Assembly (NCBI GenBank): GCA_947472765.1
Contig: CANJCM010000003.1
Location: 29,612-93,611, forward strand
Length of the DNA stretch: 64,000 nt
Source: Opitutia bacterium
GTDB taxonomy: Bacteria; Verrucomicrobiota; Verrucomicrobiia; Opitutales; Opitutaceae
Reading direction: 5' to 3'
In this document: one piece after another, positions 51,420 through 60,584 of the stretch
How positions within the stretch are numbered: the first letter of the stretch is position 1
How the letters are laid out: each line of letters starts with the position of its first letter
Translations under genes and position numbers: made by a program
Notes under the pieces: generated by a model
The model's input: only the letters and a program-made list of their open reading frames with translations
The model's database searches: none
What the model was told of the DNA's origin: nothing

Positions 51420-52502
51420 GTGAAACTCCTCGCCCGCCTGTCGTTGATACCCTTCCTCCTCCTCAGTTTCGCCGCGGCCGCGGCGAGACCGATGATCTCA
51501 ACGGTTGCAGGGGACGGCCGTCAGGGTCCGACGTCCGACGGCGCTCTGGCGACGGCGACCCAGGTCGACAACCCCTTCGGCGTCGTGCGCGGCCCGGATG
51601 GCGCGCTCTGGTTCTGCCAGTACACGGGGCAGGTCATCACGAAGATCACCGCCGATGGCCGCATCCACGTGGTCGCGGGCAACGGGAAGAAGGGCTACTC
51701 CGGCGACGGCGGGCCGGCGCGCGAGGCGAATTTCAATCTCCCGCATGAACTGCGCTTCGATCGCGCGGGCAACCTCTTCATCGCCGACATGCAGAATCAC
51801 GCTGTCCGGCGCGTGGACGCGAAGACTCAGGTGATTACGACCGTCGCGGGGACCGGCCAGCCGGGCTACACGGGCGATGGCGGTCCGGCGGCGAAGGCGC
51901 AGTTGAACCAGCCGCACAGCATCCAGTTCGGACCCGACGGTTCGCTCTACATCTGTGACATCGGCAACAATGTCATCCGCCGGATTGATCCCGCGACCGG
52001 CCACATCGCGACCTTTGCTGGAACCGGGAAGGCGGGTCCAACGCCCGATGGTTCGCCGATTGCCGGAACTCCGCTCGCGGGCCCGCGCTCCCTCGACTTC
52101 GACGTCGCCGGCAATCTCTGGCTCGTCACCCGCGCGGGCAACCAGGTCCTGAAATTCGATCTGCGCGCCGGTAGAATCCATCACATCGCCGGGACGGGCG
52201 CGAAGGGTTACACCGGCGATGGCGGTCCCGCCCGTGACGCCACGTTCAACGGGCCGAAGGGAATCGCGGTCGCGGCGAACGGGGACGTCTACCTCGCCGA
52301 CACCGAGAATCACGCGATTCGAATGATCGAGGCGAAGACCGGAATCATCCGGACGGTCGCGGGCACCGGCGAAAAAGGCGACGGCCCGGAAGGCGATCCG
52401 CTGCAGTGTAAACTGGCGCGACCGCACGGCGTGTTTATCGACACCGACGGTTCGCTGCTGATCGGCGATAGTGAGACGCACCGGTTGCGGGTGGTAAAGT
52501 AG
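51420..52502 (+). CDS. Secreted NHL-repeat beta-propeller protein
   Basis: Six repeats of the type TVAG(T/D)G..GY(S/T)GDGGPA..A.LN.P..I..D..G.LYI.D..N..IRRI. Probable GTG start 51420 giving signal peptide (M)KLLARLSLIPFLLLSFAAAAA. Confidence 0.85.
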   Translation: MKLLARLSLIPFLLLSFAAAAARPMISTVAGDGRQGPTSDGALATATQVDNPFGVVRGPDGALWFCQYTGQVITKITADGRIHVVAGNGKKGYSGDGGPAREANFNLPHELRFDRAGNLFIADMQNHAVRRVDAKTQVITTVAGTGQPGYTGDGGPAAKAQLNQPHSIQFGPDGSLYICDIGNNVIRRIDPATGHIATFAGTGKAGPTPDGSPIAGTPLAGPRSLDFDVAGNLWLVTRAGNQVLKFDLRAGRIHHIAGTGAKGYTGDGGPARDATFNGPKGIAVAANGDVYLADTENHAIRMIEAKTGIIRTVAGTGEKGDGPEGDPLQCKLARPHGVFIDTDGSLLIGDSETHRLRVVK

Positions 52503-52567
52503 GGCTGCCGCTCGCCGGCAGGCCTCGCCCACATTCCGATAGGCCCGGCGGCGAGCGCCGGCCCTAC
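52499..52567. repeat. REP doublet (GTAGGGCTGCCG subtype) whose GTAG head overlaps the NHL gene stop codon
   Basis: GTAGGGCTGCCGCTCGCCGGCAGGCC ... GGCCCGGCGGCGAGCGCCGGCCCTAC. The TAG stop is at 52500-52502. Confidence 0.88.
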
Positions 52568-52615
52568 GGTGTAAAGGCGTTCGCAGAACGAAGGCACGAC
52601 ACCCGGCGCGGCCCG

Positions 52616-52636
52616 TTGTCATCTGTTAGATGACAA
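52616..52636. repeat. Solo 21-bp palindrome TTGTCAT-N7-ATGACAA (P1)
   Basis: TTGTCATCTGTTAGATGACAA between the convergent NHL and ffh gene ends. The half-sites match the outer termini of family B copy 5. Confidence 0.8.
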
Positions 52637-52657
52637 AGTGGCAGGGGCCGACCCGCC

Positions 52658-54001
52658 TCACATCCCCGGGAACTGGCCGCTGCGCTTCATTGCTTCCATC
52701 TGGCGCAGCATCTTCTTGTCCCCGCCGCCCTTGAACATGCGCATCATCTTTTGCATCTGCTGGAATTGCTTCAGCAGTTGATTCACCTCGACGATCTTCA
52801 CACCGGCGCCGTTCGCGATGCGCTGACGGCGGCTGCCGTTGAGGATGTCGGGCTTGCGGCGCTCCTGCTTGGTCATCGACTTGATGATGGCTTCGGTGCG
52901 GGCCATCTGCTTGTCGGCGCCCTCGGGTAATTGCATGCCGCTCATGCCCGGCATCATGCCGAGGATGCTCTGCATCGAGCCCATCTTTTTCACCTGCTGC
53001 ATCTGCGAGAGGAAGTCCTCGAGGTCGAAGTCGGCCTTCTTGAGCTTCTCGGCCATCTTCTCCGCTTCCTTCTGGTCGATGTGCTCCTGCGCCTTCTCGA
53101 CGAGCGATACGACGTCACCCATGCCGAGAATGCGTGACGCCAGCCGGTCGGGATAAAATGTGTCGAAGTCGGTCGTCTTCTCGCCGGTGCCGATGAATTT
53201 GATCGCCACGCCGGTGACGGCCTTGATCGAAAGCGCCGCACCGCCACGCGTGTCACCGTCGAGCTTCGTCAGGATGAGTCCGGTAAGCGTGAGGGCGTCG
53301 TGAAAGGTCTTCGCGACATTGACCGCCTCCTGGCCGAGCGCGCCGTCTGCCACGAGCAGCACTTCGTCGGGCTGGATGGTGGCGCGGAGTTTCTTCACTT
53401 CCTCGATCAGGTCCGCGTCGATCTGCAGGCGGCCCGCCGTGTCAAAGATCACGCAGTCGGCGCCGGCGGCTTGAGCCGCCTCCAGGCCGCGCTTGCCGAT
53501 GGCGGGCACGTCCTTCGAATTGCGATCGGCATAGAAGCCGAGCTCCTCCTGCTTCGCCAGAATCTCGAGTTGGTCGATGGCGGCGGGACGATACACGTCG
53601 CCGGCGACGACGAACGGCCGGTAGCCGCGCTTTTTGAGCAGCTTGCCGATCTTGGCGGTGGAGGTCGTTTTGCCGGAGCCGTGCAGACCGACCATCAGGA
53701 TCTTCAGCGGACGCGCGGTGGAAAGATTCGTGGTGCCCTCGCCGAGCAGGCGGACGAGTTCGTCGTGGATGATTTTGACGACCTGCTGGCCGGGCGCGAC
53801 GCCCTTGGTGACTTCCTGGCCGACGCACTGCTGCTGGACGCGTTCGACGAACTCGCGCGCCACCTTGAAGTGGACGTCGGCGGCGAGCAGGGCCGTGCGC
53901 ACTTCCTTGAGCGCCTCGGCCATGTTTTCATCGGACAGCTTGCCGACGCCGCGCAGGTTGCGGAGGGCGTGGCCGAGTTTTTCGGTCAGGGATTCGAACA
54001 T
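52658..54001 (-). CDS. ffh: Signal recognition particle protein Ffh
   Basis: N domain, G domain ([33 protein letters not shown]), Met-rich M domain ([17 protein letters not shown]). Confidence 0.97.
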   Translation of the reverse strand: MFESLTEKLGHALRNLRGVGKLSDENMAEALKEVRTALLAADVHFKVAREFVERVQQQCVGQEVTKGVAPGQQVVKIIHDELVRLLGEGTTNLSTARPLKILMVGLHGSGKTTSTAKIGKLLKKRGYRPFVVAGDVYRPAAIDQLEILAKQEELGFYADRNSKDVPAIGKRGLEAAQAAGADCVIFDTAGRLQIDADLIEEVKKLRATIQPDEVLLVADGALGQEAVNVAKTFHDALTLTGLILTKLDGDTRGGAALSIKAVTGVAIKFIGTGEKTTDFDTFYPDRLASRILGMGDVVSLVEKAQEHIDQKEAEKMAEKLKKADFDLEDFLSQMQQVKKMGSMQSILGMMPGMSGMQLPEGADKQMARTEAIIKSMTKQERRKPDILNGSRRQRIANGAGVKIVEVNQLLKQFQQMQKMMRMFKGGGDKKMLRQMEAMKRSGQFPGM

Positions 54002-54291
54002 GGGAGCGCGTAATGGACACTAATCCCGAAGGATTTCCAACCCGGAGTGCTGGGGCCGGGCTAAATCACCGCGTTACGTCCTGAGGCCGTGCTCTTCGCC
54101 GCCGGGCCCTACTTTGGTGCAGTCGATTCAGCTGAACTCGTCGTCGCCGAGTTCGCCCGCGATTTCGCGCCTTTGCACTAGCGGTACGACTGCGCCGGGC
54201 GTTCGGGATGGTCGGTGTGCCGGCCGGCCGGGCCACGGCCGAAAATAAGGGTGGATTACTCGTTTCCTTCTCTGCGACACTCACGAGGTCT

Positions 54292-54780
54292 ATGAACCCT
54301 GTTCTCAAGCTCTTGATCGACGGCGGCAGTCTCACGGCGGGCCAAATGGCCACGGTCGCGGGGCTGTCGGAGGCCGAGGTTAACCAGCACCTGGAACAGT
54401 TGAAGAAGGACAAAATCTTCCTCGGCTGGCGCCCGGTCATCGACCTTTCGCACGAGGCCGCCGCCTCGATCGCCGTCCGGGCCGTGATCGAAATCAAGGT
54501 CACGCCGGAGCGCGGTGGCGGGTTCAACCGGTTTGCGGAGCGCCTCGCGCGTTTCGACGAGGTCGAATCCTGTTACCTGATGTCGGGCGGCTACGACCTG
54601 CTCGTATTCGTCAAGGGACCCTCGCTGCAGAAGGTCGCGTCGTTCGTGTCCGAGAAGCTCTCGACGATCGAGGGCGTACTCTCGACCTCCACTCACTTCA
54701 TGCTCCGCTGCTACAAGGAGCATGGGTTCCTGCTCGACGGCGGAGAGGGTCCGACGACCCGCCTCAACGTCGCCCCCTAA
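54292..54780 (+). CDS. Lrp/AsnC-family transcriptional regulator
   Basis: N-terminal wHTH (LTAGQMATVAGLSEAEVNQHLEQLKKDKIF) and C-terminal RAM/ACT-like domain (VESCYLMSGGYDLLVFVKG). Start moved to ATG 54292. Confidence 0.85.
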   Translation: MNPVLKLLIDGGSLTAGQMATVAGLSEAEVNQHLEQLKKDKIFLGWRPVIDLSHEAAASIAVRAVIEIKVTPERGGGFNRFAERLARFDEVESCYLMSGGYDLLVFVKGPSLQKVASFVSEKLSTIEGVLSTSTHFMLRCYKEHGFLLDGGEGPTTRLNVAP

Positions 54781-54798
54781 CAGGGAACACCGATTGCC

Positions 54799-55989
54799 AT
54801 GAGCACCGACCCAAAGAAATGGGTGGCGGGACACGTGTCCACGCTGCCGAAGAGCGGTATTCGCGACTTTTTCGAACTGGTGGCCAAGATGAAGGGCCAG
54901 GACGTGATTTCGCTTGGTGTGGGCGAACCCGATTTCGTCACGCCGTGGAACATCCGCGAGGCCGCCATCTACGCCCTCGAGCGCGGCAAGACCTATTACA
55001 CCTCCAACCTCGGCATGCCCGAGCTGCGCAAGGAGATCTCCACCTACGTCGAGCGTCATTTCGGGATCAACTATCGCTACGACGATCAGATCATTGTGAC
55101 CGTCGGCGTGAGCGAGGCCCTCGATCTCGCGTTCCGCGCCTTCTGCAATCCCGGCGACAAGGTGATGTTTCACCAGCCGTGCTACGTCAGCTACGCGCCG
55201 AGCGTGACGCTGGTGCATGGCGTGGGCATCGCGGTGCCGACGTTCGCCAAGGATAATTTTGCGCTGACGGCCGAGGCTCTGCGCGCGGCGTGGCAGCCCG
55301 GGGCGAAAATCCTGATGCTGAACCTGCCGTGCAATCCGACGGGCGGCACGTGCACGAAGGAGCAGCTCCAGAAGATCGCGGACTTCTGCCGCGAGAAGGA
55401 CCTGCTCGTGCTCAGCGACGAAATTTATTCCGAGCTCACGTTCGAGGGCACGCACACGAGCATCGCGAGCCTGCCCGGCATGGCGGAGCGGACGATTTTC
55501 CTGCACGGCTTCTCCAAGGCTTTCGCGATGACCGGCTGGCGGATCGGTTACGCCTGCGGCCCGGCCGTGCTAATCGACGCGATGATGAAGGTGCACCAGT
55601 ACGCGATGATGTGCGCTTCGATCATCGCCCAGGAGGGCGCCCTCGAGGCCCTCAAGAACGGCTGGGACAGCGTGCTCAAGATGCGCGAGCAGTACCATCG
55701 CCGCCGCGACCTCATCGTCCGCCGGTTCAACGAAATCGGCCTGAGCTGCCATCTGCCGCGCGGCTCCTTCTACGCCTTCCCGAATGTGACCGCCTCCGGT
55801 CTGACCGAGAAGGAATTCGCCGTCGGCCTGCTGGAGAAGCACAAGGTTGCCGTTGTCCCGGGTGTCGCCTTCGGGGAAAATGGCGCCGGCCACGTCCGTG
55901 CCTGTTTCGCCACCAGTTACGAGCAACTCGTCGAGGCCTGTGATCGCATCGAACGTTTTGTCGGCTCCGCCGGCAAAGCCGGAAGATAG
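54799..55989 (+). CDS. Class I/II PLP-dependent aminotransferase (Asp/Ala aminotransferase-like)
   Basis: SLGVGEPDF, NLPCNPTGG, SDEIYSEL, and FSKAFAMTGWRIGY (PLP-Lys motif). Confidence 0.92.
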   Translation: MSTDPKKWVAGHVSTLPKSGIRDFFELVAKMKGQDVISLGVGEPDFVTPWNIREAAIYALERGKTYYTSNLGMPELRKEISTYVERHFGINYRYDDQIIVTVGVSEALDLAFRAFCNPGDKVMFHQPCYVSYAPSVTLVHGVGIAVPTFAKDNFALTAEALRAAWQPGAKILMLNLPCNPTGGTCTKEQLQKIADFCREKDLLVLSDEIYSELTFEGTHTSIASLPGMAERTIFLHGFSKAFAMTGWRIGYACGPAVLIDAMMKVHQYAMMCASIIAQEGALEALKNGWDSVLKMREQYHRRRDLIVRRFNEIGLSCHLPRGSFYAFPNVTASGLTEKEFAVGLLEKHKVAVVPGVAFGENGAGHVRACFATSYEQLVEACDRIERFVGSAGKAGR

Positions 55990-56043
55990 CGCGGTGATCA
56001 GTCGGTTACATTTTCAGCATCCGCATTCCGCGCTCTCTCCATC

Positions 56044-57501
56044 ATGTCCCGCATCGTTGCCATCGTCGGTCGTCCCAATGTTGGCAAAAGCCGGCTCTTC
56101 AACCGCCTCGCGCGGAAGCGGATTTCCATCGTCCATGATCAGCCGGGTGTGACCCGTGATGTGATCTCGGCGGAGATCGCCGACGGTCGCTACACGCTGC
56201 TCGATACGGGCGGGATCGGTTATCAGGGCATCGACACGCCCGCGGCGCTGACCAAGGCCTCGGAGGCCCAGGTCGACTTCGCGATCTCCACCGCCGGTCT
56301 CATTCTCTTTGTCATCGACGGCCTCGGCGGGCTGACGTCGCTCGACGAACGCATCGCCCAGCGGTTGCGCAAGAGCAAGCGGCCGGTCCGGCTCGTGGTG
56401 AACAAGGCGGACTTCGACGATGACAAGGTCGACCTGGCCGGCGCGTATCGGCTCGGTTTCGGCGAACCACTGCGCGTCTCGGCCGAGCATGGCCGCGGCG
56501 AAACCGAACTGCGCACGGCGATTATCGAAGTGCTCGGGGCGGCCCCGGTGGTCGAGGAAGTGCCAGCTGGGACCAAGACCGCGGCCGATCCGCTCTGCAT
56601 TTGTTTCATTGGACGTCCGAACGTGGGCAAATCCTCACTCAGCAACCGGCTCCTCCAGAGCGATCGCCTGATCGTGAGCGACATGCCGGGCACGACGCGT
56701 GATTCGATTGAACTGCCGTTCACCTTCAAGGGCCGCGACAACAAGCAGTATCCCTTCCGGCTCATCGACACCGCGGGCATCAAGGCCGCGACCAAGCTCG
56801 CTTCGCCCGTCGAATATTTTTCCCGGCTGCGCTCGCTCGATGCGATCAAGAACACGGACGTCGTGTTCCTCGTGCTCGACGCGATGGAAGGCGTGACCCA
56901 GCAGGACAAAGCCATCGCGGGCGAGGCGATCAAGGAGGGCAAGCCCATCGTCATCGTCGTCAACAAGTGGGACCTCGTGCAGCAGGCCTTCAAGAAGCAG
57001 GGCGGTTTCGCGCCGTACAAGGACGAGCGGGATTATCGCTCCAAGTACGAGTACGCCCTCTTCGAAAGGCTCTTCTTCACGCCCGGTTCGCCGGTAATCT
57101 TCGTCTCGGCCATGTCGGGCTTCGAAATCGATCGCATGCTCAATGCGGCGGTGAAGTTGAACCGCACCCTCGACAAGAAACTGCAGACGGGCCGGCTCAA
57201 TCAGGTGCTCGGTCACCTGGCGGAGCGCACGCCGCCGGCCGCGATCGCGGGCCGTCGTTTCCGGGTGTACTATGCGACGCAGACCAGCACGCGTCCGTTC
57301 CGGATTAAGCTGTTTTGCAACCGCGAGGAAAAACTCACGGAGCAGTATCGCCGTTACCTCGAGGCGGGGCTCGTCAAGGAGTTCGATCTCGCGGGCTGTC
57401 CGGTCTTCTTCGACCTGGTCGGCAAGCCGGCCCGCGAAGACGGCAAGAGCGGTCGCGACCCGCGCGGCAAGACGCGGCGCGGCTTGGTGCAGGACGATTG
57501 A
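56044..57501 (+). CDS. der: Ribosome-associated GTPase Der (EngA)
   Basis: Two tandem GTPase domains (GRPNVGKSRLFN / DTGG / NKAD and GRPNVGKSSLSN / DTAG / NKWD) plus a KH-like C-terminal domain. Confidence 0.96.
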   Translation: MSRIVAIVGRPNVGKSRLFNRLARKRISIVHDQPGVTRDVISAEIADGRYTLLDTGGIGYQGIDTPAALTKASEAQVDFAISTAGLILFVIDGLGGLTSLDERIAQRLRKSKRPVRLVVNKADFDDDKVDLAGAYRLGFGEPLRVSAEHGRGETELRTAIIEVLGAAPVVEEVPAGTKTAADPLCICFIGRPNVGKSSLSNRLLQSDRLIVSDMPGTTRDSIELPFTFKGRDNKQYPFRLIDTAGIKAATKLASPVEYFSRLRSLDAIKNTDVVFLVLDAMEGVTQQDKAIAGEAIKEGKPIVIVVNKWDLVQQAFKKQGGFAPYKDERDYRSKYEYALFERLFFTPGSPVIFVSAMSGFEIDRMLNAAVKLNRTLDKKLQTGRLNQVLGHLAERTPPAAIAGRRFRVYYATQTSTRPFRIKLFCNREEKLTEQYRRYLEAGLVKEFDLAGCPVFFDLVGKPAREDGKSGRDPRGKTRRGLVQDD

Positions 57502-57628
57502 GCGGTAGCACCGGCTGCCGCGAATACCGCAAGGCGCCGGTCACCGCGCCGCCACCCCGCCGGACGACCGCACCACGGTCTCCCTCTGCCTCCGTCCGCG
57601 TACCCTACGACCCGCCGGCCGACTCATT

Positions 57629-57649
57629 TTGTCATCTATCAGATGACAA
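57629..57649. repeat. Solo 21-bp palindrome TTGTCAT-N7-ATGACAA (P2)
   Basis: TTGTCATCTATCAGATGACAA. Confidence 0.8.
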
Positions 57650-57682
57650 CCCTGGCATTTTCCCTCCGGGTGGCTGGCTCCG

Positions 57683-57703
57683 TTGTCATTTAATGGATGA
57701 CAA
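57683..57703. repeat. Solo 21-bp palindrome TTGTCAT-N7-ATGACAA (P3)
   Basis: TTGTCATTTAATGGATGACAA. Confidence 0.75.
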
Positions 57704-57734
57704 ACGCACAGCGTGTCCGTCGGAGTTCGCTCTG

Positions 57735-57888
57735 GATGTCATCTGTTACCTGGATTCCGAAGTTAAACGGATTGGCGTGGCCCTGTCCGTGAGGACAGGG
57801 ACTTCGTGATCGCTTCGCTTAAAGCCGTCCCGCTGCTCACGCAGCGGGCTACGAAGCCAACTTCGGAATCCAGGTGTCAGATGACATC
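57735..57888. mobile_element. Family B MITE-like element, copy 5 (most complete; clear terminal inverted repeats)
   Basis: GATGTCATCTGTTACCTGGATTCCGAAGTT ... AACTTCGGAATCCAGGTGTCAGATGACATC. The 16-bp CCTGGATTCCGAAGTT core pair is perfect. The interior carries the two family B hairpins. Confidence 0.85.
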
Positions 57889-58004
57889 GGAGCTAGGGGC
57901 TCCTGAGTAGCGGTCGTTTGTGTTACGCGGGGAGGGCCTTCTGGATCGGGTACGAGGCGGTCTCCGCGCAGTTGTCCGCTGTCCCACGGCCGCTCTTTAC
58001 GTCG

Positions 58005-59018
58005 CTACTTTTTCTGCTGCCGCTGGCGGTATTCCTCACCGGCCATGATCGCGGCGCGGAGATCGCGTTCGGTCCCGCCTTCGCGGCGGAGCAGTCGCTC
58101 GTAGGCGGCGTAGCCCTGGGGATCAGGTTCGCGTCCTAGCAGATCGCGATAGGCGCGGGTGATGGTTTCCCGTACTTCGCGGTCACGGCCTTCCTGGCTG
58201 CGCCGCAGTTCCTCGCGGATCCGGCCCTGCGTCCAGCCGTCACGCCACTTGTTGCGATAGGCGGCGAGTCCGGACGGATCGGGCTCGCGACCGAGCACAT
58301 CGCGGTAGGCACGGGCAATGGCGTCCTCGGGCTTGATCGCGCGGGCCTCGGCGCTGCGTTGCAAATCCTCGATCAACTGCCGCTCGGACCAGCCCTCGCG
58401 CACCAGGATCTCGCGGTAATGGCGGAGGCCGGACGGGTCGGCGCGGCGAACCAGCACCTCCTGGTAGGCCCGCTGGACGACGATCTCAGCGCTCCGGGGC
58501 GTATAGCGGGGCGGTGGTGGCCGGGGCGGCGGTGGCGGAGGTGCCGCCGGCGTGGGCACGACATAGACCGTCGTGGGAGCGGCGTCCTGGCGAACGGGCG
58601 GAGGAGATGACGTGACTCTCGGTCCGGTGACAGCGAGGGAAGCGATCGCCCGATCCCAGGTGCCACCGCCATCGCTGCCGCGGGAAGTGGCGTAGAGATC
58701 GGCGATGCTGGCGCTGACGTCGAGGGAGTCGCCCGAGAAGCCGGGGGCGCTGTAAATCCTGGCGGTGGCGGTGCCCTCCACGCGGATGGAGGAAATGGCG
58801 AACGTCCACGGCCGTTGATCGGAGCGCTTGACCCGATCGAGCGTGTCGAGATTGGCGCCGGCTTCGACGGTCAGCGCCTCGCCGCGGAAGTTGGGCTCGG
58901 TGAAAAACGTGACCCGATTGGCGCCCACGGTGGTGATCTGAGCGCGCAGGAATCCAGACGTGGCGAGGATCAGGAAGAGCAGGCCGGAGAGAAGTCGAAG
59001 GAGGGAACGCGGGGGCAT
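58005..59018 (-). CDS. Secreted protein: beta/gamma-crystallin-like domain + Pro-rich linker + three DUF4214-like repeats
   Basis: Signal peptide. FTEPNFRGE and YSAPGFSGD fit the Greek-key (Y/F)xxxxFxG motif. PPPPPPRPPPPR linker. Three repeats of AYRDxLGREPDPxGxxxY. Confidence 0.7.
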   Translation of the reverse strand: MPPRSLLRLLSGLLFLILATSGFLRAQITTVGANRVTFFTEPNFRGEALTVEAGANLDTLDRVKRSDQRPWTFAISSIRVEGTATARIYSAPGFSGDSLDVSASIADLYATSRGSDGGGTWDRAIASLAVTGPRVTSSPPPVRQDAAPTTVYVVPTPAAPPPPPPRPPPPRYTPRSAEIVVQRAYQEVLVRRADPSGLRHYREILVREGWSERQLIEDLQRSAEARAIKPEDAIARAYRDVLGREPDPSGLAAYRNKWRDGWTQGRIREELRRSQEGRDREVRETITRAYRDLLGREPDPQGYAAYERLLRREGGTERDLRAAIMAGEEYRQRQQKK

Positions 59019-59114
59019 GCGGAACGTTGACGGGTAGGTCCTTGGACGCTGGGGAAGGGTTCCGCGGTTTTCAATCCACGGTGAGGTGCCGGTACGCTGG
59101 GGAGGGACTGCGGC

Positions 59115-59191
59115 GTGGCATGGGTCTCCTGACCCATGAAAGCGGAGCGGTCTCGCGTTCTGATCTTCACGGGTCGGGAGACCCGTGCCAC
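59115..59191. mobile_element. Family A palindromic MITE-like element, copy 3
   Basis: GTGGCATGGGTCTCCTGACCCATG ... CACGGGTCGGGAGACCCGTGCCAC, between the 58005-59018 gene start and the histidine kinase stop. Confidence 0.8.
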
Positions 59192-59201
59192 CAAGGCCCC
59201 T

Positions 59202-60584
59202 CTACGGCGCGGGGAGACGAACGAGGAAGCGGGCGCCGCCGCCCGGGCCGGAGGAGACACTCACGGTGCCGCCATGGGACTCCACCATGGCCTTTACGAG
59301 ACTCAGCCCGAGGCCGAGTCCGCGTTGGGAACGGCTGGCGTCGCCGCGATAGAGCCGGCGGAAGATGGCGTCGCGTTCGTGCTCCGGCACGCCGGGACCG
59401 TTGTCGGAGACGACGATGGTCGCGGCGCCGGTCTCGAGCCGCGTCGCAATCGTCACGCGCCCGCCGGCGGGCGTGTACTTCAGTGCGTTGTCGAGGAGGT
59501 TGTTGACCGCCTGGCCGAGCCGGATCGAATCGGCCTCCCATTCCACCGGACCGGGTTGATCGACGATGACCTGGATCCGGCGCTCCTCCGCGACCTCGCG
59601 ATAAAGGTCCACGGCGCGATCAACGAGGGTCCGCAGGTCAACGCGGTCGCGGTTGAGTTTGAGCGCCCCGGCCTCGGCCGCCGAGACATCGAGCAGCGTC
59701 TCCAGCAGGTGCAGCAGGCGATCGGACTCGTTGACGCAATCCGCGAGGGCGCCGCGGACCTCGGCCGGATCACCGGTGTCGTGGAGCGCGAGTTCGGCCG
59801 TGCCGCGGAGACGCGTGAGCGGCGTGCGGAGGTCGTGGGCGATGTTGTCGAGCGTCTCGCGGAGTACGCGCACGTGGGCGGCGTTCTTGTCGAGGAGGGT
59901 GTTGAGCTGCCGGGCGAGAGTGGCGATCTCGTCGCGGCGTTCCGAGGGCGGCACGCGCGCCTCGAGCTCGCCGGTTTCCAGGATGCGGCGGACGGTGTCG
60001 GCGAGCTGGCGCAGCGGATGGGTGGCCCGCCACGCGAGGAGCAGGCCGATGCCGGCCGAAAGCACGAGGGCGCCGGCGCCGACCACGACGAAGGCGCGAC
60101 GCAGCGGAGCGAGCAGTGCGGAGCGGCTCTCGGTCAGGCGACCCACCTGAAGGACGCGTCCGTCGGTGAGCCCCAGCTGGGCGATCGTGTAGTCGCGAAT
60201 GTCATTCTGCGGGAAACGCACGACTTCGCGCTTCATCGCGTACCCGGGGATCGGAAGCTGCCGGACCTCGGTCTCGATCCAGTCCTGCGGATAAACAAGG
60301 AATCCCGCGGTGCCATCGGGATTGATCAGCCGCACGAAGAACGAGTGGGCGTCCGGTGAAGTGTCGTTTTCCAGGCGGGCGCGAAGCAGTGCCGGCCCGC
60401 CGAATTCATAACCGTTGGCGAGGGCCTCCGCGCGTCTTTCGATCGCGGCCTGGTCGCGCTGCTCGAGGGCGTTGCCGAGCAGGTAGTACAACTCGCCGAA
60501 CAACGCCGCCGCGCCGAGCGCGAACACCAGCGCGTAGGGTACGGCGAGCCGAAGCGCGAGGGACTGTCGCAACCGATCAAACAT
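59202..60584 (-). CDS. Sensor histidine kinase (two TM segments, HAMP, HisKA, HATPase_c)
   Basis: H-box LDNIAHDLRTPLT, N-box NLLDNALKYTP, G-boxes DNGPGVP and GLGLGLSLV. Confidence 0.92.
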   Translation of the reverse strand: MFDRLRQSLALRLAVPYALVFALGAAALFGELYYLLGNALEQRDQAAIERRAEALANGYEFGGPALLRARLENDTSPDAHSFFVRLINPDGTAGFLVYPQDWIETEVRQLPIPGYAMKREVVRFPQNDIRDYTIAQLGLTDGRVLQVGRLTESRSALLAPLRRAFVVVGAGALVLSAGIGLLLAWRATHPLRQLADTVRRILETGELEARVPPSERRDEIATLARQLNTLLDKNAAHVRVLRETLDNIAHDLRTPLTRLRGTAELALHDTGDPAEVRGALADCVNESDRLLHLLETLLDVSAAEAGALKLNRDRVDLRTLVDRAVDLYREVAEERRIQVIVDQPGPVEWEADSIRLGQAVNNLLDNALKYTPAGGRVTIATRLETGAATIVVSDNGPGVPEHERDAIFRRLYRGDASRSQRGLGLGLSLVKAMVESHGGTVSVSSGPGGGARFLVRLPAP

